This document shows, piece by piece, positions 63,193 through 64,000 of a DNA stretch of 64,000 nucleotides. Source of the stretch: an uncultured bacterium (lineage in GTDB: Bacteria > Actinomycetota > Acidimicrobiia > Spongiisociales > UBA5794). A program made the translations under genes and the position numbers. How positions within the stretch are numbered: the stretch's first letter is position 1; the number at the start of each line of letters is the position of its first letter. The DNA lies in the NCBI GenBank assembly GCA_963801165.1, contig CAWDDT010000006.1, positions 256,001 through 320,000 on the forward strand, written 5' to 3'. Under the pieces are notes generated by a model that did no database searches, was not told the origin of the DNA, and worked only from the letters and a program-made list of their open reading frames with translations.

Positions 63193-64000
63193 TCAATCAG
63201 GGGCTGGTTGCCCCGTTGCCCGCTTCTTCTCTCTAGGAGAAACCTGTTGAGTCGTGCTCCGCACGATGAGAGTGGTCGGGAGTACGAGCTCGTCCGCTTG
63301 GTCCTTGCCGTCGACGATGCCAAGCACCTTCCTGGCGGCTGTCGCGCCCATGTCACGCAGCGGCTGTCGTATGGCCGTAAGCGGTGGGTCCGTTTCCCGC
63401 ACGAGCTCGGAGTCGTCGAACCCGACGATCGCTACGTCCTCTGGGATGCGGCGGCCGGAACGATGTAAAGCACGTAGGGCACCGATCGAGTACCGGTCGA
63501 ATACGCAGAACAAACCCTTGAGATCAGGCTGTGCTGCTAGGAGTTGCTCCGACGCGCCCTCGCCGGACACGGAAGAATCGTCATTCCCGAACCCGACAAG
63601 AGCTTCGTCATAGGCAATGCCCGCGTCCTCCAGGGCTGCCCGGTAGCCCAGAAGGCGCTGATCGAAGACCGGTATGCCGGGCGTGCGCGTAATGGCACCG
63701 ATCCGGCCCTGGGTCGAATCTATGAGGTGCCGGACTCCTTCCCTGGCACCGCCGAAGTTGTCGGCCCGGACCGATGGGAACGAGGGACGATGCTCATAGT
63801 CGTCGACGAGCACCACCGGCATACCCTCGGCGTTGATCCGTTCGAGGTAGTCGAGCATGCCCGGCGGAAGAATTGCCACGAAGCCGTCTACTGCACGCGA
63901 TTTGATGATGCGTCGTGCAAGCTCGTCTCGGGATTCTGGATCGGACCCGACGCTCGCCAACGTCACCGTGAGGCCTGCCTGCCCGACCGCTTCGACGACA
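63193..64000 (-). CDS. LacI-family transcriptional regulator (5' end outside window)
   Basis: VDGF, VRADNFGGA, RLLGY, IPEDVAIVGFDD, PPLTAIRQP, LIVRST. Confidence 0.92.
   Translation of the reverse strand, partial: VVEAVGQAGLTVTLASVGSDPESRDELARRIIKSRAVDGFVAILPPGMLDYLERINAEGMPVVLVDDYEHRPSFPSVRADNFGGAREGVRHLIDSTQGRIGAITRTPGIPVFDQRLLGYRAALEDAGIAYDEALVGFGNDDSSVSGEGASEQLLAAQPDLKGLFCVFDRYSIGALRALHRSGRRIPEDVAIVGFDDSELVRETDPPLTAIRQPLRDMGATAARKVLGIVDGKDQADELVLPTTLIVRSTTQQVSPREKKRATGQPAPD

Overview
High-GC bacterial DNA whose gene content and style suggest an actinobacterium, probably Acidimicrobiia-like (inference). From left to right: (1) the conserved actinobacterial pgsA-gcvH-garA-ftsR-DUF151-merR block, here with a D,D-carboxypeptidase, hpt, a nuclease-fold gene and the 5' end of gcvT; (2) an ~9.5 kb operon joining sulfur-carrier genes (tusA, two dsrE-like, an LbpA-type lipoyl carrier, a lipoate ligase) to a group 1 [NiFe]-hydrogenase in the hynS-isp1-isp2-hynL arrangement; (3) a split ECF sigma factor with a META-domain partner, cytochrome bd (cydAB), an M23/LVIVD protein and an ABC exporter; (4) a signalling cluster (MBL hydrolase, cNMP-histidine kinase, receiver-TrxB fusion lacking CxxC, cyclase-TPR); (5) secreted nucleases; (6) a cobalamin-dependent betaine/methylamine demethylation cluster with a DMG-dehydrogenase-like enzyme and ETF; (7) a LacI-controlled sugar ABC locus whose GH1 has Gln in place of the acid/base Glu. 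The best candidate for an undescribed system is the hydrogenase-LbpA-TusA-DsrE operon, which lacks sHdr. No rRNA, tRNA, CRISPR or transposase was recognised. All family calls come from motif recognition by eye, not database searches.
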